A DNA stretch of 64,000 nucleotides from positions 1,382,088 to 1,446,087 of the forward strand of contig NW_002060958.1 of NCBI RefSeq assembly GCF_000150275.1. The letters are read 5' to 3'. The translations under genes were made by a program, and so were the position numbers. The notes under the pieces are model-generated. The model saw only the letters and a list, made by a program, of their open reading frames with translations. It was not told where the DNA came from and made no database searches. The DNA is from Trichoplax adhaerens. Lineage: Eukaryota; Animalia; Placozoa. Below, piece by piece: positions 27,166 through 41,964 of this stretch; the first letter of the stretch is position 1; each line of letters begins with the position of its first letter.

Positions 27166-27929
27166 GGAGAGTGGATTGCAAAATAATAATAATAATAATA
27201 ACATCATTCGGATCTTCATTGTTAGTTGTTGAACAACACAGTCTACGATGCATATTGTGCGCTCCAAAGTATTGGCATAATCGATGAGTTACGGGAGATT
27301 GGTAGCACTTGTTCATCTCTATCTTGTTATAGACGTACAAGCGAAAAAAAAAAAAAGTGCTACCCATGCCATATAATGTCTTTACCGTATTAGTACAACA
27401 ACGAGTATTTCTTGTATAATTTCACCTTATCGCATAAACTTGGATCTTCTAATAATACCATAAACTATCTATCTTGAATCGACCATGAACTAACGGATGA
27501 CTGCATAATCGATCCATTTATTATTCTGAACGAGGTTGACAACTAGTCGTGATACTTGACGTTGTATACTTGACTTTCCACAGCAATTTAAAAATTTTCA
27601 GTTCCGTTAGCCTCCAAAGCACATTTGGGGAAACCAATACAACTTTTTAACGAACTCCCTGCGATATTATAATATATTGTATCTATTTTCGTGCTATCTT
27701 ATCATTACAATCATGAGCTAACTTATGGCTGCACTACAGGAAGGATTGCCGGTGGATAGCGTCATAGATAAATTCATATTATTAACCCATTCCTAGATAA
27801 GCAAACCTTCTAAAGGAAACTATGTTACGACAGCATGCAACAGTTACTCTTTAACAATTCCATCTACGGTTATGCTAATAATATTGAATGATTATTATGA
27901 TTATTATAATTAATTGTTCTCCTTAGTTG

Positions 27930-28185
27930 TCGTATGCAAAGCATCCAGCGTAGAGGTAAGGGGAAATACCTTTATCTGGATGGTATCTGTATACTCTACT
28001 GGTAAGAATATTGGTGCAGTTTACTCAAGCACAGTATCACAAATGGAACTTACCAATTGTGCTACTTAGCTGTCGTATTCAAAGTATCCAGCATTGCGAT
28101 GAGGGAAAATACCTTACCTCTATGGTGCCTAGATACTCTACTAGCGAGTACACTGGTACAGAATACTCAAGTACAACGCTACACC
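27930..28185. repeat. Two diverged tandem copies of ~140 bp
   Basis: aaagcatccagc...gggaaatacctt...atactctact...tactcaagcaca is repeated as aaagtatccagc...ggaaaatacctt...atactctact...tactcaagtaca. Confidence 0.6.
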
Positions 28186-31100
28186 AGCAACTAATGAAAG
28201 AAGCAACATGCAAAAATAATAATTGCCTTCTTTCTTTGTGTCCCTTTAATTTCTACAGAAAATGATCTATCTGTACATTCCATACAGCTATAGCGATGGT
28301 AAAATAGTTTGGATAATGATAGAGGAGAAATAGAATTTTAATTGATGAATTGTTGCCTATGTAGGTCGATAAAATCGAAATAAATTAAAGTAAGCCAAAA
28401 GACTTTTCTTATGCACAACAGAATACTGTATGCAGTACATGGCCGTTTTATGTATCCTATGTACAATTATTGTACAGTTGTTTTGCCAAAGTATTGCACC
28501 CCCCCCCCCCAACCAAAAAATGGAGTAAAACTGGTTAGAAGGTAAGACGTAGTCGTCCTTTCCTAATTTAGACACTGTAAACTAGACCTAAGTTGGCTTA
28601 TGCTGTAAATTAGATCCAATAGATACGGCTTACGTAAGATCTGTTCTAGTCTTCCTTTCTAGAAAATTTCAAATAGTCCGTGTGGACTAGATCCTCTTTC
28701 CAAATTTATCTGTGTACCTGTCACTATCACGGGCTACTTATGAGCAATTATTTACTCTCCTCCCCCCCCCCCCCCCTGCTGCAGTCATATACTGAAAGTA
28801 TTGACTGCTTAATAATTAATTAATTTTTGTAGTCCCTATGGTAGTGGTAGTATACCGTATGCCGCGTTTGTAGTTAGTGCCCAGCATCTGCAGATGGACT
28901 TAAAAACTTCATCTACGAATAAATAAATAAACTATAAAGTGCTTATAATGATTCACACCTACGTCAAAATTTCATCGTTCTATATTGACGGCAGGTTTAG
29001 GCTATATTTACTTACATTATTTGCAGTTTACTGTCATTAACTATAGGAGAAATAGTGTCGCAGTTGTTCGTCATTTCCGACAAATGATCGATTCGACCAT
29101 GTACGCATAAATTCAACTATCAATGCAACTGCAGTCTGATTCAGTTGTAAGGATACTCTCTGAAAAATGATCTAATTCATCAATGTTTACTAACAGAAAG
29201 TACCATTACATGAAGAAGAAGGTATTAATGCATGGAAGTTGTTTAGTGTAACCGTGCGCCAGCAAAACACTGGAAAGATATATAAAGGGTCACGGCCCAA
29301 ACACATACAGAGTTTTTTTACAGTTGATCTAGTTAGTGATCTGAGCTGATAAATAATAAAGTAACTCTAAACGCTATCAAATAGTCTGTCACTGTGATTA
29401 AGAAAGTTAGTCTTAGTCTGTACTATTCATCAAGAGTTAGTTTGAAGAATAGTCGGTGACAGTAAGTAGGTTAGTAGTTGCTAGCCTTGATAGTACAAGT
29501 GTCGCAGAGGAGATTTGTGACAATGGTATTTCCAATCAATTTCCTAAAACGATGTTTATAGTTCTTCCATACTAAATAAATAAACTAACAATCCAAATTC
29601 TATATTGTTGTTGCGAGCCAACGTTTTACGTACTGTATTAATACCGGAGCAGTCTTATCAGGATATAATTTAAATTGCAATTGGTACACGAGCTGGTCCT
29701 AAGCGAACAATTTATCAGTAAGCCAAATTTGTTAATAATCAAGAATTAAACAAAGTCAAATGAAGATAGAATTACGCCAATTCTTTTTAATAAACCGTCC
29801 TAAATTGCCAACCTATATCGAAACTGAATACGATGGCGGATTAACGGATGAAATATCGGATGACATCTCTAACTAGATGAAAGTTACTTCATGTAGCAGA
29901 ATCCAGGCAAACAATGTTTTAGCTTAAATGTTTCAAGTTTAAATTATTGAGACTTACCTATGCCGGGTATCTTGTAGCATTATCTAAAAAGTACTGCAGT
30001 CACTAAGCAGGATAGATATTATTAAGGTAATTCCACGTTTATTTCATTATTATACATTAATAGCAAAATGGCTGCAACCTCTGTCTAATATATTCTTATG
30101 CGTAATTGAAGACCAGCAGGTCCAGAATTTCAAACTGTTTGTCATCCTTAACTCATTTCTTTAAAATGCTTATGCCGGATAAAATATCTAAAGTGAACAA
30201 GTTTCACTTTTATTTATCCATTTAGACTGTATTAATAGTTTGTTAATAAACATCTTGCATACCCATCTTGATTATACTTTACTTTCATCACTAATTGAGA
30301 GACCTCATGACTTAGTTATTCCTGTATTGCTTTTATTTTAAACCATCATCAAGTATTTAATGAGATTAAAGTATCCGGAAATTACTATTTCACATAGAAT
30401 ATCAACATATACTAATATCATTACCTTACATATTAAATAAAAGCATCAGAACAAAATTATTGACTAACAAATGATGTAAATTTGTTTCACGTGATCTTAA
30501 CGATAATTCATTTTTTTCTCCTATTTCTAAATCTCTATCTAGCATAATTTTCAATAAAGCAGACCTAAAATTGCGTAATATTCCACTTGTTAGATTTCTA
30601 TCTTACTCATATTAATAGGCCATTGTTACATTTATTAATTATTTTAGTAAAGAAACACTATATAGATTGAGCTTGACAGTGACAATAATACTTTAGAAAA
30701 TTATGTGTTTTTACACATATTTGATAAAAGCTACCACTATGTACTTTAAGAAAATGAATGTGGCAGAAAACTAGCTGATTGCATAACAGTATTTCTTAAT
30801 ATACTGAGATTATATGCAAAAAAGGTATAAGTGAATTCAAGATAGTAACCTACTTAACTAAGCGCGCCACATTATCTTGTACGAAATTAAAATCGTTACT
30901 ATACTAGTATTAAGCTGACATTTTTATTTTAGTTGGTGGTGAAATATTTAATATTCTACAGAATTTTGCAGAAAAATTTCTACAAAGTAATAAATTATAG
31001 TTTTCAGGTTATCTTGGCATCCTTATGTCAACCGGCATTGCTCTATGGTACAGCCGCATGAACCATGTACAATTCGAATGATTAAAGTTACTTCCAGCAA

Positions 31101-32356
31101 CAACAATTTGTATACTATGACACTTAGGTGCTATATTCATCAATTTATCGATAAGCGGAATATCCATAACTGACCTCTTTATCAACTGTAACAATTCTAT
31201 TTCTTAGTACAAGGTAACACCGATTACGAAATTATTTTTATTTAGGAACTCGAAGTAGTAAAGGTGTTTACAGCATTACCTCGTTCGATTACTATTTCAA
31301 ATGAGATTAAAATAATAAATAATAGCTTGACACTTGTGAATTTTGTTAGCAAAATCAATATCCCTATCAGAAAAAATATTTTAGCAATATACCAATTTGT
31401 GAAGATAACAAACTGCAGTTGTTAATCTATTGGGCAGGCCAATTTGAGTTCATGCGTATAATTTACCTGTGGATTAAAAACATTTTGTCGGTTCATAATG
31501 TGTCGCATTCACAGCATTACCGAATCTATTTCGCTAAGCAGAAGAACTATAAGTATGTGCCACGTGACTTCTAGGAAATACAAAAATTACGTAATTTTAA
31601 TTATGCTTACTTGACGAAAAAATTGGTAAATAAATTATAGCAAATTAAAGAATTAGCAAAGTAAGAGTTTAAAAGTTCTATAATGTACTGCAATCATGAA
31701 TAATTTTAGATTTTAAAGGATAAAGAATTATGGCATTTTAGGCGCAGATATAGGTTTACTGAGGAATTTTTTTTTAATTTTAATGATATAAAATGCGAAA
31801 GACTATTTTTGGCATGATCTTAATTAATCTTGTAACATCAAAGCAGATATTTTTCCTGAAAATAGACAGCATGATCTGTCGTAGCCATATCATGTGATTT
31901 GTCAGCAATAAGCTTTTGCGAAATTTACTCTAATTAGTTATGCTACCTTCAATTTAGTAAATTAAAGATTAAGTGAAGTGATGGTTATCATACAATGTTA
32001 TATTATGTTAAAATTTGTAGGATAATCTTTAAACTACAAATACTCAATCTTGAATATTGCTCGTAAGCATCAGACAAGCATACAGGCTTTCGAATAATGG
32101 CTTCTTGTTAGGCCATATTAAATCGATTAAAGATTGCAATTTCAAAGTAATCTACTGTATAGAATTCTAAACGACCATTTTAGATCTAAATAAAATTTTA
32201 ATCGCCTGCTGTATGTCAATCTACCGATGATATTTAAAACATTTTGAGATATTGCCGATGTGATAACTTATAGAAATTCGATACTATTACAAACTGAAAT
32301 GCTGACTATGTCTTATCGACATTTACTAATACAAATCGCTGGCTTCATTTTGACAG

Positions 32357-33039
32357 TTGGCCCGTAGACCAAGAAGCTGTAACAAAGTACAAGTTTAAGG
32401 TAAACGTAACCGTGAAAATGGTATTTACATTATTTATGACCGGTCAAATACTCCCCATCGGATATATTGTGATTTTACATCAGAGCCTGGCTACGCTTAT
32501 ACTTCAGTGACTTTTTGGCAATTTCGAAATCGCTATTTCAAATCATTTTATACCCTTGGATATAATATCAACTGTCTAGTTGATGAATGTAATCCCAATT
32601 GGATAAGCTATCGAATGTCTTATTATCATATGCGACTATTGAGTCAACAGCAGGAAATAATCCATTGGAGAATGATTTATAATTTGGATAAAATGAATAT
32701 GACGGTAGATTATTACGATTATCCTCGATCTCGATTCTCTCTATTTAATTTCTTACGGGAACGAAGTATTAGCATTGCATGTAAACGGGTCGACTATGTC
32801 AACATTCACGAATCTGGTTGCTCTAAGTGCAGTATGGCATTTGCACAAAATAATGGTTACAATCTTGTGGCCGAACCATACGTCCGTTTAAAATGTGGGG
32901 TAAGATGCAAAGACTCAACTGCAGGTTCCCCGGCTATAGAGAAGACAGTTTTGGGCACTATTATATTATTAATCCATCATTTTGGTGCGTCCATAGCCCG
33001 ACATCTACTACAAGTATTTGGTTTGGTGGGCAAGTTTGA
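32357..33039 (+). pseudogene. Disrupted intelectin/fibrinogen-like gene, paralog of 53155-54028
   Basis: After cag at 32356: RPRSC..V*..NGIYIIYD...IYCDFTSEPGYAYT...CKRVDYVNI. In-frame TAA at 32396. The conserved tail EDSFGHY..NPSFWC..STTSIWFGGQV* is in a different frame from the listed ORF. Confidence 0.85.
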
Positions 33040-34476
33040 GTCTAATATGTAAACTATTTAATTTTTGATATCAGGCAGAAAAATACTTCTTGAATAATCT
33101 AAGCTAATAAAAGATAGCATAATATATACTTACTACAGCACCAGGCATTATTATTATTCACTCTTCACATTAGATTTAGTGTTGGTATACAAGTAGGAAA
33201 TACAACGCTTTCTTAATTGATAATGCACTATGTGTTAACCACCGCTAAGGAATTTCATTTTCCACCTTTTTTATGTTGAAATAGCCATCATAAATTTTTG
33301 CTGATATCGTTTGGGTCTATGATTCGAAATTGTAGATCCGTTGTCTTAATAAATGAGAATTTATAGGAATTCTATTGGCCCTATCTATGTGATAGAAGCT
33401 TAGTTATACTGAGTTAAATTACTCGAGTTAATAGTCTGAACGCTAAGCTAACCCTAAAAGCTTTTGTTATGATCTTAAATACTTGTAATCTACTACATCC
33501 CAAGTAAATAAAGAAATTGGACGGAGTTAAGATTGTCGTCAGTTGTTAGCCTTTAACTAGAGCTCCGCCTTTATCGTTGTGATAGATCCAAAATTGCAGC
33601 GAAGAAAATAAATTTAATACATAAATTATAATACTTTTCCAACGACAAGCTTAATGTCAGATCTATCCTCTCGACATCTACTTGCAAGGCCAACCTGATC
33701 ACTGACGGTTTCTCCATCATCAGGATTTTGCAGTGACTACAAGTCTCTCTTAGACAAAAATTGACCCAAATTTTATTGAAAAATTAATAAAGTTTCAGTA
33801 AATTTATGCAACTTCAATTATAGAAATGGAAAATTTAACCGTTAGATTGCTATAATATCCCACCTACGAGCAGCGCGGGTCGTATTTATACTACTGATAG
33901 ATGACTTTGATTATCGGTTCATTTCAATAAGTCAGAATAAGATTCTTACAGTACTTTTTACCTCAAGATTTCTTCATGTAAAACGAATAGCTCTAAAGTA
34001 GTCATTTCTGCAGAGTACTGATTATTAAAATAGTATTCGTTATATCGCTAAGGGTGGCCACTGGGCCTTTCAATTTTGATTTGATGTAATATTCTGATGA
34101 AAATTGAATAAACATAGAATTTTTATAGAGTTTTCTACACAGCCATTTTGATTTTTATATTTTCTTATAATGGTTGTTATCGACAAAGCAAGCTTTGCTT
34201 GCATACTCAAGCGATCCTTAGACACATTATAATGGTTGGTCTAGAATTGACCACAGTACTAAGGACATTGTACAGCACAGCATATATCTTACGGTACCTG
34301 CTAATCTTAACTTGGTATGTCCATCACCGTCCATTAGTTATCATAATGTGCTTTGGATGATTAACTAATCTTAATATAGCATTTCATCCGTCAATGCATT
34401 ATTGAAAAGTAATATTCTACAAGCATAGCTATGAATATAGTAGTGCCTGGCTATTACTGGGATATAAATAATGTCG

Positions 34477-34557
34477 AATGGTAATACTATCTGTTAATTA
34501 TGAACAAATAAGTACATTATCGTAAACTGTCAGCAAAGCGACGTGAGTTTGTACTAG
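34477..34557 (+). mobile_element. Helitron-like 3' terminus
   Basis: ~80 bp shared with 52585-52657; degenerate hairpin gtcagcaaagcgac, then CTAG|T; homology ends 3 nt after CTAG. Confidence 0.6.
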
Positions 34558-35358
34558 TAACATCCAATCGCTAGAAATCCTATTTAGGCAAATATTAATT
34601 CTTGGTAAGTGTAAAGCGTAGACTTTTTGAGGCAAATGCAATCAATTAATACTACATCATCCAAGGCATATCTTTTTTTTCTAAAATAATAGCTTGATAT
34701 CTTCAAATGCACGATTTCAAAACAAATTTGTACTACTGTTAACTTCGAGATTAATTTTATCACAGGTCGGCACAGATCATGATATGCAACACGGGATATA
34801 AGACACCTTTACCTCGACAAGAGAGCATTTTTATCTTCGAAATTCAACCATAAAATTTGGAGTATATGATGAGCTTTCTACCTTGCTGTATCTATACCAG
34901 AGGACCTTCAACGTACCACATGTAAAAAATTGCATCCAAAGCTATCAGCTAAGGATTCTTCACGAACTAATACCTACATCCACCAACTTTTGCTATGAAG
35001 CTACTTAGTATTACAAGTAGACTTACATATCGCATAAGTTCATTTTATGAAGTTACTTAAATATAACAATTTCAACTTATTTATAATCCATACATTCACT
35101 TGATTCTGGGGATGGCATAAATCGAATAGACTATTAATAATTATTTTATATACGGTGCTGTAAATCAAAGCATAGGATTTATTTGAAAACTTGCTATGCA
35201 AGTACCATAGCGAAAGATCATAAGAGTTTGAAAATTATTGCCTTTATTGTAAAATTTTACTTGAACACATTCTCTTTATCCAGAATTACTTAAGCAAGAC
35301 TACTATCTAAAAATTGTACAAAGTGGAATTATAATGGGATAATGATAGAATACACCTG

Positions 35359-36683
35359 TTATTGAGTAAAATATGCCGGAACGATATCAAATATCAGTTT
35401 ATACAAGTTTTTACTAAACAACATACAGTTTTCGGATCTAAGCAACTGATGTAATTTTATTCCTATATTGATTTCTTTCTTCTTGTGAACTTCTCTAAAT
35501 TTTCCTGTCTCGCATTCAAGATCGTGATATTCGAGAATGTCAACGACGTTAATTATTGCTGCCTCTCGTAAATCACTCCATAACTCTTCATGGCTGGCAA
35601 TTCTGTAGCTGTTAATTCGCTTATGTCTAACGCTACTAATCTGGCTAACATAGCTTTTTTCCGCGATTACAGCACCGGTCACATTATCTCGTCTAATAAA
35701 AGGACCTTTATCCAACAAGGAATCTTGAAACTTTGAATTACCTTCTATTTTCTGCGTATCGCCGCCACATAAACTAATCCTAACGTCACCCAATCCAGAT
35801 TCATTTTTATAATCAATTTTAGCAAACAATGTATCCTCTTTATTTGTCATCAGTTGCATGTCAGTATCATAATCGGCATAACGATGAATATTAAAATCAG
35901 TAGGTTTAAATGTAATTCTAAAACTTCTTTCTTACTTAGAAATGGTAAGGATAAATTATGGAGAGTATCCTTTTGATTATAATTAAGTTTGCAACAGACT
36001 GGATAGAATGAAGTTTTGATGGTACTATATTTCTTTGAAGGTGTCGTTGTAGGCTAAAATCCGTTAACAAAAGTTTTAAACTTATGGATGGGCATTCTCT
36101 TTTGACGCAAATCTAAACCGGTTACTAAAATATAACCGTATCGGATAGTTGCAAATAAGTTTTCCATAGCTACAGAATCAATCTGCTTATTCATAACATC
36201 ATTTATCCAGTGCTGCAATATAAGTGTTAAATCGTTAATGTCAACTTGGCTAGTATCCACAGTGTGTTTTAGATAAGGTGTATAAAATTGCTTATGGGTA
36301 TCACACTCATAACGACGGATGAAATTGTTGTCTTCCTTAATTTGCACCAATTGGTCGTCATCAATTGAACCTCTTATTAATAAGAACTTCCAAATTTGTA
36401 AATGATTAACTTGATCACCGTCTTTCGGTAAAGGCTGATGTTTGTTGTTGCTTTTTACATTCAGAGCTTCAAGATCACTAGTTCGCTTATTAAGTCTACT
36501 TTGGTAATTATCAACATAATTTGTTCTATAGCTATTCCAATTGTAGGCATGAGGATGAGAAGAACTTTTGTCATGTTTAGCCCTCCAACTTAATTGCTTT
36601 TCTGCACAATTTAAACTTTTCTTTCCAACTGAGTCTAAACCTATTTTCTTCAAATTGTTATCATCAACATCTTTAGACGCCAT
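35359..36683 (-). pseudogene. Pseudogene of the intronless unnamed-domain family (MASKDVDD...VPAYFTQ)
   Basis: ORFs 36054-36749 and 35359-35859 are the two halves of the 473-aa paralog. In-frame TAG at 36054-36056 is followed by IKTSFYP, then a frameshift near 35925 before SFRITF...YADYD. Confidence 0.9.
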
Positions 36684-39644
36684 TTTCTTTACGTGAGTTT
36701 TAACTATCAAGACTTCTTGAACCAATAACAATCCAGTACGTAGAAGCATATCGTTCCAAGGGATATTTAGAAAGCTTTTTGTTATTGTTTCTGGCCAGTG
36801 CTAACACAATAAGTTGCTGCAGTCGAATAAAATCTTGTATCAAGAGTGCAAACATCCTTATTAACTACTATTGTCACATTATTATAATCGTTAGACCGCT
36901 TTTGTCTAAATTAAGAAAAAAAATTCTCACTTGTGTTCTCATCTGTTCTCCTGATTATAGCATGTCAATTTTGCTATATTAGCTCAACTTGTGAACTTTT
37001 ACGTATACCATCATTCAATGAATTCATAGCTAGGATACATCTAATTATATAAGCCAAGAAATGGTTACTTAGTCTTACTACGATAATATATGGATTTATA
37101 ATACATACAGTAAGTACCGCTACGATCGGAATCTACTGTAAAAAAAGCACTATAGCAATTTCACAGCAACACTCGCTCTTTTCACGAATTACCCATAGTA
37201 ACAATAGGGAAGATAATTTTTCATTGCGATAATTAAGCCAACTGAAGCAAATTTCGAATATTTTATATTGCTGTCTTAAAACAAATATAATTATTTGGAT
37301 TCAAAAAACGTAAAAGTGTCCAGAGAGTTCCATCTTAAAACTGGGTTTATTTTCTCAAGAAAATTCCCATGATATAGAATATAGCCTGCTTGTAAACAAA
37401 TTTTTACTCATTATACAAACATTAATTTAGGCTTGGTCAAATTGATAAACATATCATCGTAAGCTCTTATATAATTATAATTTCGTATTCTTCTTGTCTA
37501 AATCAACTAATCATGCCTGTGCTATCGAACATATGTTTCCATCTATCGCAACAAAACAACTAATAACAGTTCATAGTAAACTTTATATCGTTAATTAAAC
37601 AACATTAGTCATACATATCCTCTCTAAACACATCCAGATCTAACTAGCGTACAATAATCAAGAAAGGTAGTGTTTACCATAAGTTATCTTATAAAATACG
37701 ACTATTGTTATGCTATGTTTTTTGGCTTTCCAAAGAAAAATACAATAGAGTGCTTAGTTCTTATTATGACTCCTTTTAACATTTCATTCTAGCATTATCA
37801 GGCTGCGTTAAACTAGTAACGATTTTAGTTCATCTAAACTAGCACAAAATTTCCAACCCATGATAACGGCAGTATTCATAATAATACGTAAAACTTGCGA
37901 TATTCTATAATCATGGTATCAATACGTGGAATAAATACTTATTTGAAGTACATCAGCTAGTTTTCAATATTTCTATGAGCTCCACTAAATGTAGTACATA
38001 GCTAAACAGCTTTATATTGAGTTATTAGCCGACTCATACCGTACTAAGAGCTTATTATTTACTTTTTAATTAGCACACTCATCATAAGCGCATTAGTAAT
38101 TTCATATCTTAATCATTTTGCAAATGACTTTACGTTTATTAAAAGCGTTACAAAATAGTAGCGAGGTATACAGCAAATAAAAGATCGATCTACACAATCT
38201 ACTTTACTGTATCTGCTATTAAAAGATCTATGCAGTAGCAAAGGGTAGCTTACGCCAATTGCTCGCAGCGAACAACTGGTGGCTCACGCATAGTAGTAAA
38301 TTGGAAGTGATTGTTGTATAATTATAATTATAATTAACAGTTTCCTTATACAATTTCAAAAGTTCCCATATATTCTGATTTTACTAAAGATAATCTTAGG
38401 TGCAGAATGATTTCAAAACGATTTAACGTGCCAATAAATTGTACTATACTAAAAGTATCTAAAGGATTATATCGCCATTTACAGAACATTACCCTTGGGT
38501 ATTAGCGGAACTTTTATAATCTATTCTGTTTCAAATTTTTAGATTATTAAAGCTGTTTAAACTTATCTTCATCAAATATACAGTAAACACAATATTCAGC
38601 AGTATATACTGCTCGTATTAAAGAATAATCTTATATTTCTTTCCAAATATTGAATAGCATATCGCATTAGCTATCTCGAAATAAATAGATCTGTCATCGA
38701 TGAAGCTCTTTATCTATAACTACTTCTAAGCTATGAAGAAAATGATTTTAAATAGATTTTAACAATACTTTCTCCGTTACAAATAGCTTAATTCACATTC
38801 GAAGCCTACCTAAGCTCGCTAATAGAGCCAGCTCAGTATCGGATTGATTGTTTTCATATATCCTTGAGGAAGAAAAGAATTAAAGAATTAAAGCGAAGAA
38901 TACATACGACAAATAAAATGGGATCTCGATTTATAGAAATTTATCCCATTTTATTTTCCTATTTATCCTATTTAGGCAAATACTAATTATTGGTTATAAT
39001 TTAAGTGTAAAGCGTAGACTTTTTGAGGTAAATGTAATCAATCAGTACTACATCATCCAAGGCATATCTCCATTTTTTCTAAAATAATAGCCTGATATCT
39101 TCAAATTCAGGATTTCAACACAAATTCGAATACAGTTGTAATAAAATTCAAATGCAAAGAAGACGTTAGTGTGGATAGCAATAGCTTAATTACAATATAT
39201 TGAAAGTTTAATGTTAAACGGAGGATAAAAGTAACTATTAACAGGAAGACTTCACTTCATATACAACGGGCAAACATCATTTGCCATCTTATAAGGTATA
39301 ATAGCTTCCTAAGTAATTCAGTCGGAGCTTCTACTAATACCAAAGTTTCTCATATTATAATTATCGTCTATCTTTCCAAATGCGGCATAGATAACAACTG
39401 ACTACATTATTCATATAATTTTAGTCGATAACACTATTATCCTTCGTTATATAATAGAAGTAAAGCTTACAGTAGTTCTTAGCATTCTTAGATACAGAAA
39501 CAGTATGGGAAACTCCATAGTGATTCTTTCAACTTGCTGTTGTGCATTCACATTGTAAGATAAAGGAACAGCATAAGAAATGGTACTGTACTTGCGCCTC
39601 TACATACTTCTACGATTTTACTGTCTATTACTGATCATCTATTA

Positions 39645-40275
39645 ATGGCTAGCTTGATTGGAGATGAGAGAACAGGTTCGATTTTGCCAATTCCAAGAAT
39701 GAATTTATCATCATCGGGTTTTGATGTGCCTGTTCGACTAATTAGGCATCAATTTCCCGTTCGGCTAGCATTTACATCGACTATTAATAAAAGTCAAGAG
39801 GAAATATTTCATCGACGCGATGTAATGTTAAGCGGAGATTTATTTACACATGGACAGCTATATGTTGCAATAAAGAGAGTCGGGAATCCAAGAGATTTAC
39901 TAATATACACAAGTCAGGCAGAACAGTTTATAAATCGAGATAGGCAAACAATTTACGATTCCTCAAGCGATTGTTTTTGAGCACGTAATGCCGTCTATCA
40001 AGAAGTTCAATGAAGTTCTGAAATTTGTGTAATTGAATGTAATAAAAATGTAATTGTACAATTATTAGGCATTATATTTGCATGATAATTTGTTATCTTT
40101 TTTGTCTATTACAGTACAGTATTAAATTAGTGCAAACGGCAACCCGGGGTAAAATTTAGTCACGATTAGAAATAGCATACTGAGATTATTCAATTATTAG
40201 AGTAATGTTTAAATAATAGTTAACGTGTTAACAGTACAACCGGGAGCAAGGTGGGGGGGGGGGGGGATGAGCTAG
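39645..40275 (+). mobile_element. Helitron remnant: C-terminal PIF1-type helicase fragment and 3' end
   Basis: IPRMNL...RHQFPVRLAFTSTINKSQ...LFTHGQLYVAIKRV, then RNAVYQEVQ* past a stop; AATAAA at 40041; GC-rich degenerate tract and gCTAG|T at 40272-40275. Confidence 0.85.
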
Positions 40276-40369
40276 TAATCATAATAGATAATTTATCGCT
40301 ACTAATATAGGATCTCCTATATCAACGTCAACAGCTATTTAAGTTAGTTAATCTCGCTAACCTTACAAC

Positions 40370-41730
40370 TGTTAACCTCGAAGTTAATTTCATCACATTC
40401 CAGCATAGACTTTTTCGAGGCAAATGCAATCAATCAATGCTATACCATCTAAAGCAGATATCCTTTTTTTTAAAGTAATGGCTTGATATTTTCAAATACA
40501 TGATTTATTCACAAATTCAGCATACTGTATAATTAACTTCAAAGTCAATTTTTTCCCTTGCCGAAATAGATTCTGATATTCAATACTAGAAATAAGACAC
40601 CTTTACTTCGACAAGAGTGAATTTTTATCTTCGAAATTCAACCATAAAGTTAAAGTCTAAGATAAATTGTCTGCCTTGTTGTATCTATATCTAAGGGCCT
40701 CAGCGTACTACATGTAAAAACTGTATCCAAAGTTTTCAGCTAAAGATTCTTCATGAACTTATACCTTCATCTATGAATTTTTATTATAAAGCTACGTAGC
40801 ATTTCAAGCAGACTTACATATCGCAAAACCACATTTATGAAATTACTTAGATATAACTTTCATATTATTTATAATCCATACATTCACATGATTCTAAGGA
40901 TAACCTCAATCGAATAGACAATTGATAATCATTTTTACATACGTTATTGTCAACTAAATAGCTACCTTCTACATTCTAAAGATAGAATTCATTAGAAAAC
41001 TTGTAATGCGAGTGCCAAAGTAAATGATCATAAAATTTGTAAATTATTGTTTTAATTACAAAATTTCGCTTGAGCATATTCTCTTCATCAAGAAGATTTA
41101 CTTAAGCAAGACTACTATCCAAAACTTGTACAAAGTGGAAACATTACTGATAAAATGTTAAGTAAAATATGCTGGAACGATATCAAATATCAGTTTATAC
41201 AAATTTTTACTAAACAAGAAAGAGTTTTTGTGACTAAGTAATTGATGTAATTTTATTCCTATATTGATTTCTTTCTTCTTGTGAACTTCTCTAAATTCGC
41301 CAGTCTCATAATCAAGATCGTGATATTCGAGAATGTTGAGTTATTAGCCAACACATGCCTTACTAAGAGCTTACTATTTACTCCATAATTAGTGCGCACT
41401 CATCATAAGCGCTTTGCTTATATCATATTATCATCACTTTGCAAATGATTTTACGTTTATTTAAAGCATTGCAAAATAATAGCAAGGCATACAGCAAATA
41501 CATTGTCGATTCCTACACAATCTACTCTACCGTATCTACCATTGAAAGTTCTTGAGCAATAGTAAAGAGCAACTTACGCCTATCTTTCGTGGCTGACAAC
41601 TGGTAGTTTACGCATGATAGTAAATTCGAACTGATTGCAGTATAATTATAATTAACAGTTTTTTTCTCCTTATACAATTTTGAAATTCCCTTATACTCTT
41701 ATTTTACAGGAAATAATCTATGGTGCAGAA
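40370..41730. repeat. Internally deleted duplicate of the ~34600-38410 block
   Basis: ~40400-41337 matches ~34620-35541, then jumps to match ~38019-38410 (gagttattagcc...ggtgcagaa). 38968-39125 is a further copy of 34580-34730. Confidence 0.85.
41158..41337 (-). pseudogene. C-terminal fragment of the unnamed-domain family
   Basis: Near-identical to 35362-35541; reads ILEYHDLDYETGEFREVHKKKEINIGIKLHQLLSHKNSFLFSKNLYKLIFDIVPAYFT*. Confidence 0.9.
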
Positions 41731-41964
41731 ATAGCGGGAAAATAGAAGTGTCTATAATAATTATTTAGTAATGCTTCAGTTGATTGATTGATTATTATAA
41801 ACTAATTATACACATTTAAAATCGCATCAACTTGATGAATATTATTTAGATAGCACTCTCTACTTTATTTACTAACTATATTGCAAGACAGAATAACAAT
41901 CAAAGGCATACAGTAAGTCATCAATTATTAGAAAGCTTTACCTTTATTTTTAATTTGCATTACG

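Noticed and set aside
26612-27367. Overlapping 66-205 aa ORFs
   Set aside because: Products of the low-complexity repeat; no splice or domain support.
26100-27760. Coding-like minus-strand texture flanking the minisatellite (possible ancient pseudogene)
   Set aside because: Many stops and no family I can identify.
35859-36056. Programmed readthrough/frameshift joining the two ORFs
   Set aside because: Needs both a stop bypass and a frameshift, while paralogs are uninterrupted; pseudogenisation is simpler.
28497-40267. Poly-C/poly-G runs (28499, 28762, 40253)
   Set aside because: Simple homopolymers with unreliable length; no independent evidence of function.
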